Shown here: positions 17,152 through 24,783 of the stretch, in pieces
Layout: each line of letters starts with the position of its first letter
How positions within the stretch are numbered: the first letter of the stretch is position 1
NCBI GenBank assembly: GCA_046052185.1
Contig: JBJOMV010000002.1
Span: 5,550-69,549, forward strand
Direction: 5' to 3'
DNA from: Verrucomicrobiota bacterium
Lineage (GTDB): Bacteria > Verrucomicrobiota > Verrucomicrobiia > Opitutales > UBA953
Length of the DNA: 64,000 nucleotides
Program-made: the position numbers and the translations under genes
Notes under the pieces: model-generated
The model's database searches: none
Seen by the model: the letters and a program-made list of their open reading frames with translations, nothing else
Told to the model about the DNA's origin: nothing

Positions 17152-18510
17152 TCATTTGAACAAACCATCCCATCCTTTGGACTCCGAAAAAAGTTTAGCC
17201 TCGTCGAAACCGTACTGGTACCCGCCAAAAAGGGTTCTAGCCATACTCAACGAAGTTTCGTCATCAAACAACGTTAGCGCCTGTCCTGCAGGCTCGAAGA
17301 TAGAGCTTTCAAAAACACGGTTTCGCTTCTGTAAAGCCTGTGCCGTTTCCCAAAGAGCATCACGAGCCGCTTCGTTACCAATCTTCGCAAGCCTTATGAT
17401 AGCAATTTTACTAAAGCGCACGTTGTTCGCACTAATGGCAATCTGCTTGAGCACCGGCACTGCTTGAGCAGCGGGAACGAACTCCATGCCTCGCTCTAGC
17501 GCAAGCATGGCATCACTGTCCCATGCGGGAGTTACAGCGCCTACGGAACCCGGATTCATCCCTGGCTTGTATGTGCCATCGGCGTTCTGCGGTTGCGGCA
17601 GATCAATGAGTCTCTTCGCCGCTTCGACAATGCTTGTCTGGGCCGCTTGATCGCCTCGTGCGGCCAAGACGATTACAGCAGCTTGCCTTACGGCGCTGCT
17701 TTTGCCGCTTTGCATGAGCTCCATCGCAAATCGAGTCACCCTCGGATCGTTGACATTGCGCAAGGCTAGCACCCTAGCAGCGCTCAACGGAGGGTATTGC
17801 TTAAGGTTGGGAAGCAGCACATCGAGAGAAGCAGGCTCACCCATCTCGGCCAACACCGTGGAGATTTCCAGAGCGGCAAGCTTCCGCGACTCCTCATCCT
17901 CACGTTTAACTTCTGAAATTAGTTTGATCAACGCATCATTGTATCCAGGAGGTTTATATTGGACAAAAACATCGTTGAACACTGATGCCCAGTCGGCGCC
18001 GGTAACGAGTCCGTAATGCTGAAGAATGTAGTCAAAGCCCCGCTTGTCGCCGAATGAACATAAGCCTTCTGCTGCGCTCCATCTTACGAGCAATTCTTGG
18101 TGCTCTAATAACTTCAAAAGATATGGTATAGCTCGTACCGAACCGTTACGCGTGACACTACCAATTGCAGTAATAAGATCTGACTTTGTTCCTGTCCTGA
18201 CCTCAAGAACCTTAAGTGGTTTTTCAATTTGCCCATCGCCGTGCTGTTCCCTAATCATTTGCTCTCTGCGCTGATAATAAATGGCCGCCGCCTCGGCGCT
18301 CATCCCTGGATCCTTAAGCGGATCATACCGAAGCAGCGCTGGTTTTGATGATGGTGAAAGTTGCCCCTTAGCTTTTGACGTCTGTGGCTTATGTGAAGCG
18401 ATAGATTGAGGCTTCGCGTCCTGCCTTGCGATGCTCCACCGATAGATTCCAGCCATGAGAACAATGAGTACTCCAAGCGCAATAGTGAGGCGTTTTACTT
18501 GAGCACTCAT
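17152..18510 (-). CDS. membrane-anchored HEAT-repeat protein
   Basis: Start moved to Met16 of the ORF (MSAQVKRLTIALGVLIVLMAG), which has a TM anchor. HEAT/PBS-lyase-like units include AIPYLLKLLEHQELLVRWSAAEGLCSFGDKRG and VRQAAVIVLAARGDQAA. Confidence 0.7.
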   Translation of the reverse strand: MSAQVKRLTIALGVLIVLMAGIYRWSIARQDAKPQSIASHKPQTSKAKGQLSPSSKPALLRYDPLKDPGMSAEAAAIYYQRREQMIREQHGDGQIEKPLKVLEVRTGTKSDLITAIGSVTRNGSVRAIPYLLKLLEHQELLVRWSAAEGLCSFGDKRGFDYILQHYGLVTGADWASVFNDVFVQYKPPGYNDALIKLISEVKREDEESRKLAALEISTVLAEMGEPASLDVLLPNLKQYPPLSAARVLALRNVNDPRVTRFAMELMQSGKSSAVRQAAVIVLAARGDQAAQTSIVEAAKRLIDLPQPQNADGTYKPGMNPGSVGAVTPAWDSDAMLALERGMEFVPAAQAVPVLKQIAISANNVRFSKIAIIRLAKIGNEAARDALWETAQALQKRNRVFESSIFEPAGQALTLFDDETSLSMARTLFGGYQYGFDEAKLFSESKGWDGLFK

Positions 18511-18540
18511 GGGTTGTGGGACAATTCCATCTTTGGTCCG

Positions 18541-18753
18541 GCGAGGCTCATTCAAGAGGGTGGCTGAGTGTTATGATTAACCTGCTACAAGAGTCAACAG
18601 GTGAGCCTGCCGTTCGAAAGGCCTCCGGGATAACCATCGAGCTCGAACCTGGGGTCAGGCCGCCCCCTTCTTGGGAGTGTGACTTTAATCACGTGTTAAT
18701 ATCGATTTTGGTCGCTGGCTGAACGAGGTAAGGCCTGACCCCGTTGGCTGAGT
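18541..18753. repeat. 213-bp repeat module, copy B (5' of gene 17152..18510)
   Basis: See copy A. The distance from module edge to start codon matches (30 vs 31 nt). Confidence 0.9.
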
Positions 18754-18880
18754 GGGATTACTGATGCATACCGGGCGGGAGATTGAGCGAAGGCAATCAG
18801 CCCTTCCAAAGGCGGCTATGTCGTGACGCGGTCCCGACCCTAGCGAAGAAAAAAGCATCCTGAGGGGGTCTGACTTAGCC

Positions 18881-18900
18881 CGGCCTTTTTATTTCCCATT
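18881..18900 (+). repeat. right copy of 20-bp perfect direct repeat
   Basis: CGGCCTTTTTATTTCCCATT, identical to 15982..16001. No complementary 5' stem arm lies upstream here. Confidence 0.95.
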
Positions 18901-18926
18901 CAGGGCCAGGGGCTCATATTGCCCTT

Positions 18927-21023
18927 ATGCGCCTCCCCACGCTCGCCCTCGCGGCCTTCGGCCTGCTGAACCTCGCCCATGCGGAGGACGCCCGCCTCGG
19001 CCCGCTCAAGGACCTCAACGGCTATTTCCCCTTCCCCGCCCCGAACTCCGTGCAGGAATGGGAACCGCGCCGCGACTTCGTCCGCAGGCAGCTGCTGGTG
19101 TCCCAGGGGCTCTGGCCGATGCCGACCAAGACGCCGCTCAACGCGGTCATCCACGGCAAGATCGACCAAGGCGAATACACGATCGAGAAGGTCTACTTCG
19201 AAAGCGCCCCGGGCTTCTTCGTCACGGGCAACCTCTACCGCCCGAAGAACATCAACGGCAAGGTGCCGGCGGTGATCTTCCCGCACGGACACTGGACCGA
19301 CGCGCGCTTCCTGATCCAACCCGACAAATACGTCCGCGAGGAGATCGCGACCGGCCAGGAGCGCTTCGAACAAGGCGGCAAGTCCCGCTTCCAGTCGATG
19401 TGCGTCCAGCTCGCCCGCATGGGCTGCGTGGTCTGGCAGATCGACGCGCTTAGCGACTCCGACTCGAAGCAGTTCTCGCCGGAGGTCATCCATAAGTTCG
19501 CGAAGCAGCGGCCCGAGATGAACCGCACCGAAGGCTGGGGACTCTACAGCCCGCAGGCCGAGGCCAACCTGCAGAACGTGATGGGGCTCCAGACCCTGAA
19601 CTCGATCCGCAGCGTGGACTTCCTGCTGACGCTGCCTGAGGTCGACCCGACTCGCCTGGCGGTTACCGGCTCCAGCGGCGGCGGCACCCAGACGATGCTC
19701 CTGGCGGCGACCGACCCTCGCCTCGCCCTGTCCTACCCCGTGGTGATGGTGAGCACGGCCATGCAAGGCGGCTGCACCTGCGAGAACGCGACCCTGCTCC
19801 GCGTGAACTCCGGCAACGTCGAGATCGCGGCCCTCTTCGCGCCTAAGCCGCAAGGCATGAACACCGCCAACGATTGGACCAAAGAGATGGCGACGAAGGG
19901 CTTCCCCGACCTGCAGGCGCTCTACAAGCTCTACGGCAAGAAGGACTATGTGACGCTCCAGCGCGGCGAACACTTCCCGCATAACTACAACGCGGTCACC
20001 CGCTCGGGCTTCTACGCGGCGCTCAACAAGCACTTCAAGCTGGGCTTCGAAGCCCCGATCATCGAGCGCGACTACCAGCCGCTGCCGAAGGAAAAGCTGA
20101 CCGTCTGGGACGAATCTCATCCCGCGCCGAAGGCCGGCGATCCGGAGTTCGAACGTAACCTGCTCAAGTGGCTGAAGGCCGACGCCCAACAGCAGCTGCT
20201 CGCCGCGGCGAAGACCACCGAAGGTCGTGAGCAGATCCTGCGTCCGGCCGTCGAAGCCCTCATCGGCCGGTCCTACGCCCAGGCCGGATCCATCTCCTTC
20301 CCCGACGCCAGCTCGCAGTGGCGCGACTCCCACTTCCGCACGCAAGGCCATCTGGTCAACGCGACCTACGGCGAAGAAGTCACGGTCGATTGGCTGCAAC
20401 CAATCAATCCTACCGGCGAGGTGGTGATCTGGCTCGACGACGCCGGCAAGGGATCCGCCCGCCTGCCCGACGGCACGATCCGCCCCGAACTGCAGGAACT
20501 CATCGATCGTGGCATCGGCGTGCTCACGGCCGACCTCTTTCTTCAGGATGACAAGAAGCTGAAGCAGACCCGCGTCGTCGCCGGTCCCCGCGAAGTCCCG
20601 GCCTATACCTTCGGCTACAACCACGCGCTCTTCGCCCAGCGCGTGCACGACGTGATGACCATCACGAGCTACCTGCTCTCGAAACGCGACGCCACCCAGC
20701 AGGCGGTGAAGAAGGTCTCGCTGGCCGGCTTCGGTCAGATGGGCCCCGTCGCCGCCGCCGCCCGGGCCGTGACCGGCGGAGCCATCGCCAAGGCCGCCGT
20801 CGAGACGAAGGGGTTCCGCTTCGGCCAGCTGCTCGATTACCGCGACCCGATGTTCCTGCCCGGCGGCGCGAAGTATCTCGACGTCCCCGGCCTCCTCTGC
20901 CTCGCCTCCGCCCAGCCGCTCTGGGTCGCCGGCGAACCTGATGCCTCGCTCTTCCCTGCCGCCACGAAGCACGTCGACGGCACCGACGCGAAGACCGCCG
21001 CCACGGCATGGCTCCTCCAATGA
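18927..21023 (+). CDS. secreted alpha/beta hydrolase (acetyl xylan esterase / dienelactone hydrolase-like)
   Basis: 698 aa with signal peptide MRLPTLALAAFGLLNLAHA, a GSSGGG nucleophile elbow and FPHGHW. Architecture is common in PVC glycan degraders. Confidence 0.75.
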   Translation: MRLPTLALAAFGLLNLAHAEDARLGPLKDLNGYFPFPAPNSVQEWEPRRDFVRRQLLVSQGLWPMPTKTPLNAVIHGKIDQGEYTIEKVYFESAPGFFVTGNLYRPKNINGKVPAVIFPHGHWTDARFLIQPDKYVREEIATGQERFEQGGKSRFQSMCVQLARMGCVVWQIDALSDSDSKQFSPEVIHKFAKQRPEMNRTEGWGLYSPQAEANLQNVMGLQTLNSIRSVDFLLTLPEVDPTRLAVTGSSGGGTQTMLLAATDPRLALSYPVVMVSTAMQGGCTCENATLLRVNSGNVEIAALFAPKPQGMNTANDWTKEMATKGFPDLQALYKLYGKKDYVTLQRGEHFPHNYNAVTRSGFYAALNKHFKLGFEAPIIERDYQPLPKEKLTVWDESHPAPKAGDPEFERNLLKWLKADAQQQLLAAAKTTEGREQILRPAVEALIGRSYAQAGSISFPDASSQWRDSHFRTQGHLVNATYGEEVTVDWLQPINPTGEVVIWLDDAGKGSARLPDGTIRPELQELIDRGIGVLTADLFLQDDKKLKQTRVVAGPREVPAYTFGYNHALFAQRVHDVMTITSYLLSKRDATQQAVKKVSLAGFGQMGPVAAAARAVTGGAIAKAAVETKGFRFGQLLDYRDPMFLPGGAKYLDVPGLLCLASAQPLWVAGEPDASLFPAATKHVDGTDAKTAATAWLLQ

Positions 21024-22135
21024 TCCACCGCCGCACCCTCCTCACTGGCCTCGCCTTGGCCCCGTTCGCCGGCCTGCTCGCCGCCGAAAACAAGCAACGC
21101 CTCCGCGTCGCCCAGATCGGCACCTCGCATGCCCACGCCTCGGGCAAGATGGACGCGCTCCGCTCCTTGCCCGACCTTTACGACGTCGTCGGCTTCGCCG
21201 AGCCCATCGCCTCCCGCCAGGCCAGCGCGCAGAAGGCGAAATCCTTCGCCGGCCTGAAATACCTGACGGAAGCAGAGATCCTCGCCGACCCGTCCATCCG
21301 CGTGGTCGTCATCGAGACGACCCTCGAAGACTCCGCGCGGGCGGCCTTCGCCGCGCTGAAAGCCGGCAAGCACATCCACCTGGACAAGCCGGGCGCCGAA
21401 AAACACGCCGACTTCGTGGCGCTCCGTCGCTACGCTGCGGAAAAAGGCCTGACCGTCCAGATGGGCTACATGCTGCGCTACAACCCCGGCATCCAGCTGC
21501 TGTTCCGCGCGGTCAAGGAAGGCTGGCTCGGTGACGTCATGGAAATCGACGCCTCAATGGGCAAGCTGCTCGACGAAGCCGGACGCAAGCGTTTCGCTAA
21601 GATTCCCGGCGGTGGGATGTATGAGCTCGCCTGCCATCTCGTGGACACGGTCGTGACGCTGATGGGTACGCCCCTCTCGGTCCAAGCCTTCGGCAACGCC
21701 ACCCGCGCGCCGCAGGACACCTTCGTCGATAACCAGCTCGCGGTGCTCACCTACCCCAAGGCGACCGTGACGATCCGCTGCAACCATGCCGACCCGTTCG
21801 GCGGACCTAATCGTTATATCACCGTCCGCGGCACCAAGGGCGACATGGAGATTTCTCCCCTGGAGTCAGGAAACGGCCTGATACGCCTGGATCAGCATCG
21901 CGACACCGTCAAAGTCTGCCACAAGGTGGGCGACAAGATGGTGATGGTCGCCGAACCCCGCTTCCGCAAGGGCGAGAGCGCCTTCGAACTCGAAGTCCCC
22001 AAAGGCCGTTACGACGAGGAATTCCGCGACCTGCACCGCGTACTCGTCAACGGCGCCCCGTTCGCTTGGTCGGCCGACCATGACATCAGCGTCCACGCCA
22101 CGGCGTTGCGCGCCGCGGGCCTGGAACCGCGCTGA
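21008..22135 (+). CDS. Gfo/Idh/MocA family oxidoreductase with Tat-like signal
   Basis: HRRTLLTGLALAPFAG twin-arginine-like leader, then an RVAQIGTSHAH Rossmann start. The start may be the ATG at 21020. It overlaps the upstream stop. Confidence 0.8.
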   Translation: MAPPMIHRRTLLTGLALAPFAGLLAAENKQRLRVAQIGTSHAHASGKMDALRSLPDLYDVVGFAEPIASRQASAQKAKSFAGLKYLTEAEILADPSIRVVVIETTLEDSARAAFAALKAGKHIHLDKPGAEKHADFVALRRYAAEKGLTVQMGYMLRYNPGIQLLFRAVKEGWLGDVMEIDASMGKLLDEAGRKRFAKIPGGGMYELACHLVDTVVTLMGTPLSVQAFGNATRAPQDTFVDNQLAVLTYPKATVTIRCNHADPFGGPNRYITVRGTKGDMEISPLESGNGLIRLDQHRDTVKVCHKVGDKMVMVAEPRFRKGESAFELEVPKGRYDEEFRDLHRVLVNGAPFAWSADHDISVHATALRAAGLEPR

Positions 22136-22141
22136 GCATAG

Positions 22142-23728
22142 TCAGCGCAGCCCCCAGACCTTCTCCAATACCGGCACGACGCCGGAGTCCTTGGCTTTGA
22201 GCTCCGCTAGGTCGAAGGGCTCCATGTCATTGCGATCGAAATAGGCCTCGGTGACCTCGGCGAAATATTCCATCTGATTGGTCATCGCGTAGGCCTTGCT
22301 GGGCTTCTCCGCATACTTCTCACCGGTCCAACGTTTGACGGCATCATAAGTCCCGGCGGCCTTGGCCTGCTGAAAGGCCCCGAGGATATCCTTGTTCTGA
22401 TAGCCCCCGGGGATGACCTGGTCGTGATAGGCATGAGCGAGCTCATGAAGGACGAGCACCGGCATCCGCCGGATCTCCGGCTCGAAGCGATCGATGTTCG
22501 TGAACTCGATCGCCTTGGCCAAGGCGATCTCCCGCCCGACCTGCTTCACCCAAGCCAAGCCGCCGTGATACTCGGCGGTGGGTCGGCGGTCGGGATAAGG
22601 AAGCGAGAAATTCAAGGGCACCGAGCGAAGCCGTTCGACCGCCTTGGCCGGGATGAGCCGCTCCACCTTCGCCAGCTGCGCATCCAAGATGACGACCGCC
22701 TTCTCGACGGCCGCAGCGTCCTTGGCGAGCAAGCGCTCATCAATCCGCAGCGTCCATCCGCGCACCTGGCGCACCTGGCGATCACGGCCAGCCATCTGCA
22801 CGGCGGCCTTGCCGAGGGCGTCGCCGACGAGGAAGTAGGTCTCGGCGTTGCCGAACTCATGATGGCCATGGCCGGGATTAGGCGAGTCCGCGGGCTTACG
22901 CACGAAGCTGCGGGTCGGGACGAACACGACGTTATCCTTGAACTCAGGGTATTCCGCGACGTTCGCCTGGGCCTTGCGCAAAGCGGTCCATTCCTTCGGG
23001 GCGTCGACCCACGGGCCGGTGAGCTCACCGACGATGACCGGCAGCTTCGGCGCGCCGAACTCTTTGCGGATGTCGCGAATCAGATGGGCGAGGTTCTGCT
23101 CATACTCCGGCACGGCGGTCTTCGGATTCACGCCGTCATTCCAACCCTGATACCAGACGAAGCCGGCGAGCTCGACCTCCGCGCCGTCGTATGTCGGGAA
23201 ATCCTTCTTCAGATTGGCCAGCGCCTCGCGCACCTCGGCGACCATCTTCGTGTAATAAGGGCCGACCTCACCGCCGGCGCTCGGCGGACGGAAATCACGA
23301 TAGAGGCTCTTACCTCCCCAAGCGGTCTTGATGAGCAGCACCTGATCGCGGTAGGCCTGGCCGACGACATGCCCGAACTGATACTCCGGGCCGAAGTGAT
23401 GCTTGCTGACATACGCGCCGAAGCCGAGGGAGAGCGGACCGGCCTGCAACGGCTGCCCCTCTCGCTGATAACGGACCCAGACATCATTCCGGACCGTCCA
23501 AGATCCATCCGGCTGCTTCAAGTGGGCGTAACGCTTGCCCGCCTCGGGCTTGGACATCACGTCCACCAACGTGCCCTTGCCCTCGTTGTAATTGCGTCCC
23601 GCGAGGTCAGCGACGCCCTGCCCCTGCATGTTGGACTGCCCGGCGAGGATGAAGACCTTCAACTTGCGAGCAGGCTCGGCCGCGAGGCACAGGACGGTCC
23701 AGTAGAGCAAGATCGGGGCGAATCTCAT
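22142..23728 (-). CDS. fusion protein: SASA-type carbohydrate esterase plus C-terminal HExxH (gluzincin-like) domain
   Basis: 528 aa. The N-terminal FILAGQSNMQGQG block is sialate O-acetylesterase-like. The C-terminal part has LVLHELAHAYH ... NQMEYFAEVTEAYF, resembling MtfA/M90-like zinc peptidases. Confidence 0.75.
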   Translation of the reverse strand: MRFAPILLYWTVLCLAAEPARKLKVFILAGQSNMQGQGVADLAGRNYNEGKGTLVDVMSKPEAGKRYAHLKQPDGSWTVRNDVWVRYQREGQPLQAGPLSLGFGAYVSKHHFGPEYQFGHVVGQAYRDQVLLIKTAWGGKSLYRDFRPPSAGGEVGPYYTKMVAEVREALANLKKDFPTYDGAEVELAGFVWYQGWNDGVNPKTAVPEYEQNLAHLIRDIRKEFGAPKLPVIVGELTGPWVDAPKEWTALRKAQANVAEYPEFKDNVVFVPTRSFVRKPADSPNPGHGHHEFGNAETYFLVGDALGKAAVQMAGRDRQVRQVRGWTLRIDERLLAKDAAAVEKAVVILDAQLAKVERLIPAKAVERLRSVPLNFSLPYPDRRPTAEYHGGLAWVKQVGREIALAKAIEFTNIDRFEPEIRRMPVLVLHELAHAYHDQVIPGGYQNKDILGAFQQAKAAGTYDAVKRWTGEKYAEKPSKAYAMTNQMEYFAEVTEAYFDRNDMEPFDLAELKAKDSGVVPVLEKVWGLR

Positions 23729-23780
23729 GGCCTGCTTATCTAGCGGTTACCCCGCCCCCGCAAGCCCATCCCCAATGACC

Positions 23781-23852
23781 TGCCTCGATTCTGCTTTCAA
23801 TTCTGCCCTCGATTCAGTCCTCGATTCAGCCATCAATTCAGCCCTCCACTCT
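23781..23852. repeat. degenerate 12-bp tandem repeat, about 6 units
   Basis: Units read tgcctcgattct / gctttcaattct / gccctcgattca / gtcctcgattca / gccatcaattca / gccctccactct. The array ends 10 nt before the ATG at 23863, in a divergent intergenic region. Confidence 0.85.
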
Positions 23853-23862
23853 GCACCAAACC

Positions 23863-24741
23863 ATGTCCACCGCCCCCTTCCCCCTCTCCGGACTGGCCGA
23901 CGAAGCCGCTGACGACATCGACGGCCAGATCGCAGCGCACCAGGCCCTCGGCTGGTCGGCCATCGAACTCCGCCTCCTCAACGGAAAGCAGTTCTCCGGC
24001 CCGGCCGTAAGCGACGACGACTTCAAGCGGGCCGTCGACAAGATCGAAGCCGCAGGCATGCGGGTCAGCAGCTACGCGTCCGCCATCGGCAACTGGAGCC
24101 GGCCCATCACGGGCGACTTCGCCACCGACCTCGCCGACCTCAAGGTCCTGATCCCGCGCATGCAGCGCACCCGCACGAAGTTCGTCCGCACGATGAGCTG
24201 GGTCCGCGGCGACGTCTCCGAAGACGCCTGGCGCGACGAAGGCGTCCGCCGCTACCAGGAGATGGCCAAGCTCGCCGCCGACGGCGGCATCATGCTCCTG
24301 CACGAGAACTGCGAAGGCTGGGGCGGCCTTTCCGGCACGCACGCCCGTCGCTTCATCGAAAGCGTCGATCACCCCAGCGTCCGCTACCTCTTCGACATCG
24401 GCAACACGGTCTCCTACGGCCAGGAGACCATGCCCTTCTACCGCGAGATCCTGCCCTACGTGGAATACGTCCACATCAAGGACTGCCGACGTAACCCGGA
24501 GGGCGGTAAGAGCAGCGCCTTCACCTACGCCGGCGAAGGCGACGCGCTCGTTCGCGAGATCCTCACCGACCTCATCGCCCGCGGCTACAAGGCCGGCGTC
24601 TCCATCGAACCGCACGTGGCCAGCATCGTCCACCTCGGCGAAGGCACCAAGGCCTCGCCCCAGGAACGCTTCGACTCCTACGTCCGCTACGGGCGCGGTC
24701 TGGAGAAGCTCCTCGCCGGCATCGTCGGCGGCGCGAAGTGA
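23863..24741 (+). CDS. sugar phosphate isomerase/epimerase (xylose isomerase-like TIM barrel)
   Basis: 292 aa with blocks typical of the AP endonuclease 2 / xylose isomerase-like family (LLHENCEGW, VHIKD, SIEPH). Confidence 0.8.
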   Translation: MSTAPFPLSGLADEAADDIDGQIAAHQALGWSAIELRLLNGKQFSGPAVSDDDFKRAVDKIEAAGMRVSSYASAIGNWSRPITGDFATDLADLKVLIPRMQRTRTKFVRTMSWVRGDVSEDAWRDEGVRRYQEMAKLAADGGIMLLHENCEGWGGLSGTHARRFIESVDHPSVRYLFDIGNTVSYGQETMPFYREILPYVEYVHIKDCRRNPEGGKSSAFTYAGEGDALVREILTDLIARGYKAGVSIEPHVASIVHLGEGTKASPQERFDSYVRYGRGLEKLLAGIVGGAK

Positions 24742-24783
24742 TTTGGCTGGCGCTCCGCCCCCGACCGCTCCTCCTTTCTGCGC

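Larger units (their letters stand above)
16002..18880. mobile_element. AT-rich inserted segment (putative horizontally acquired island; no recombinase visible)
   Basis: Bounded by the 20-bp direct repeat. Sampled 60-nt lines give about 37-53% GC, against about 65-78% in the flanks. It carries two genes plus two copies of a 213-bp module. Confidence 0.55.

Noticed and set aside
18511-18555. ATG at 18555 as start of the HEAT-repeat gene
   Set aside because: It lies inside the 213-bp repeat, and the equivalent ATG in copy A is out of frame with gene 1. The Met at 18510 gives the same module-to-start distance as gene 1 and begins a TM anchor.
18630-18665. tRNA-like T-loop (GGTTCGAGCTC on the minus strand of copy B)
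   Set aside because: No flanking T-stem or acceptor complementarity is present. The motif is not conserved in copy A (GTGCTCGAGCTC). No tRNA cloverleaf could be drawn anywhere in the window.
16851-18753. Diversity-generating retroelement TR/VR pair
   Set aside because: The 23 mismatches between the two copies involve all four bases in both copies, with no adenine-specific pattern on either strand. No reverse transcriptase is present, and neither copy lies within the 3' end of a gene.
16002-18880. Integron-like cassette array with the 213-bp modules as attC sites
   Set aside because: There is no intI-type integrase or attI nearby. The modules are longer than typical attC sites and lack the RYYYAAC...GTTRRRY core pair at their ends. 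They sit 5' of the genes with promoter-like elements. The idea is not fully excluded without a genome-wide search.
23781-23852. CRISPR array or coding repeat (track ORF 23727-23912, 61 aa)
   Set aside because: The units are 12 bp, contiguous with no spacers, and degenerate. The ORF has no start context and reads straight through the promoter region of two divergent genes.
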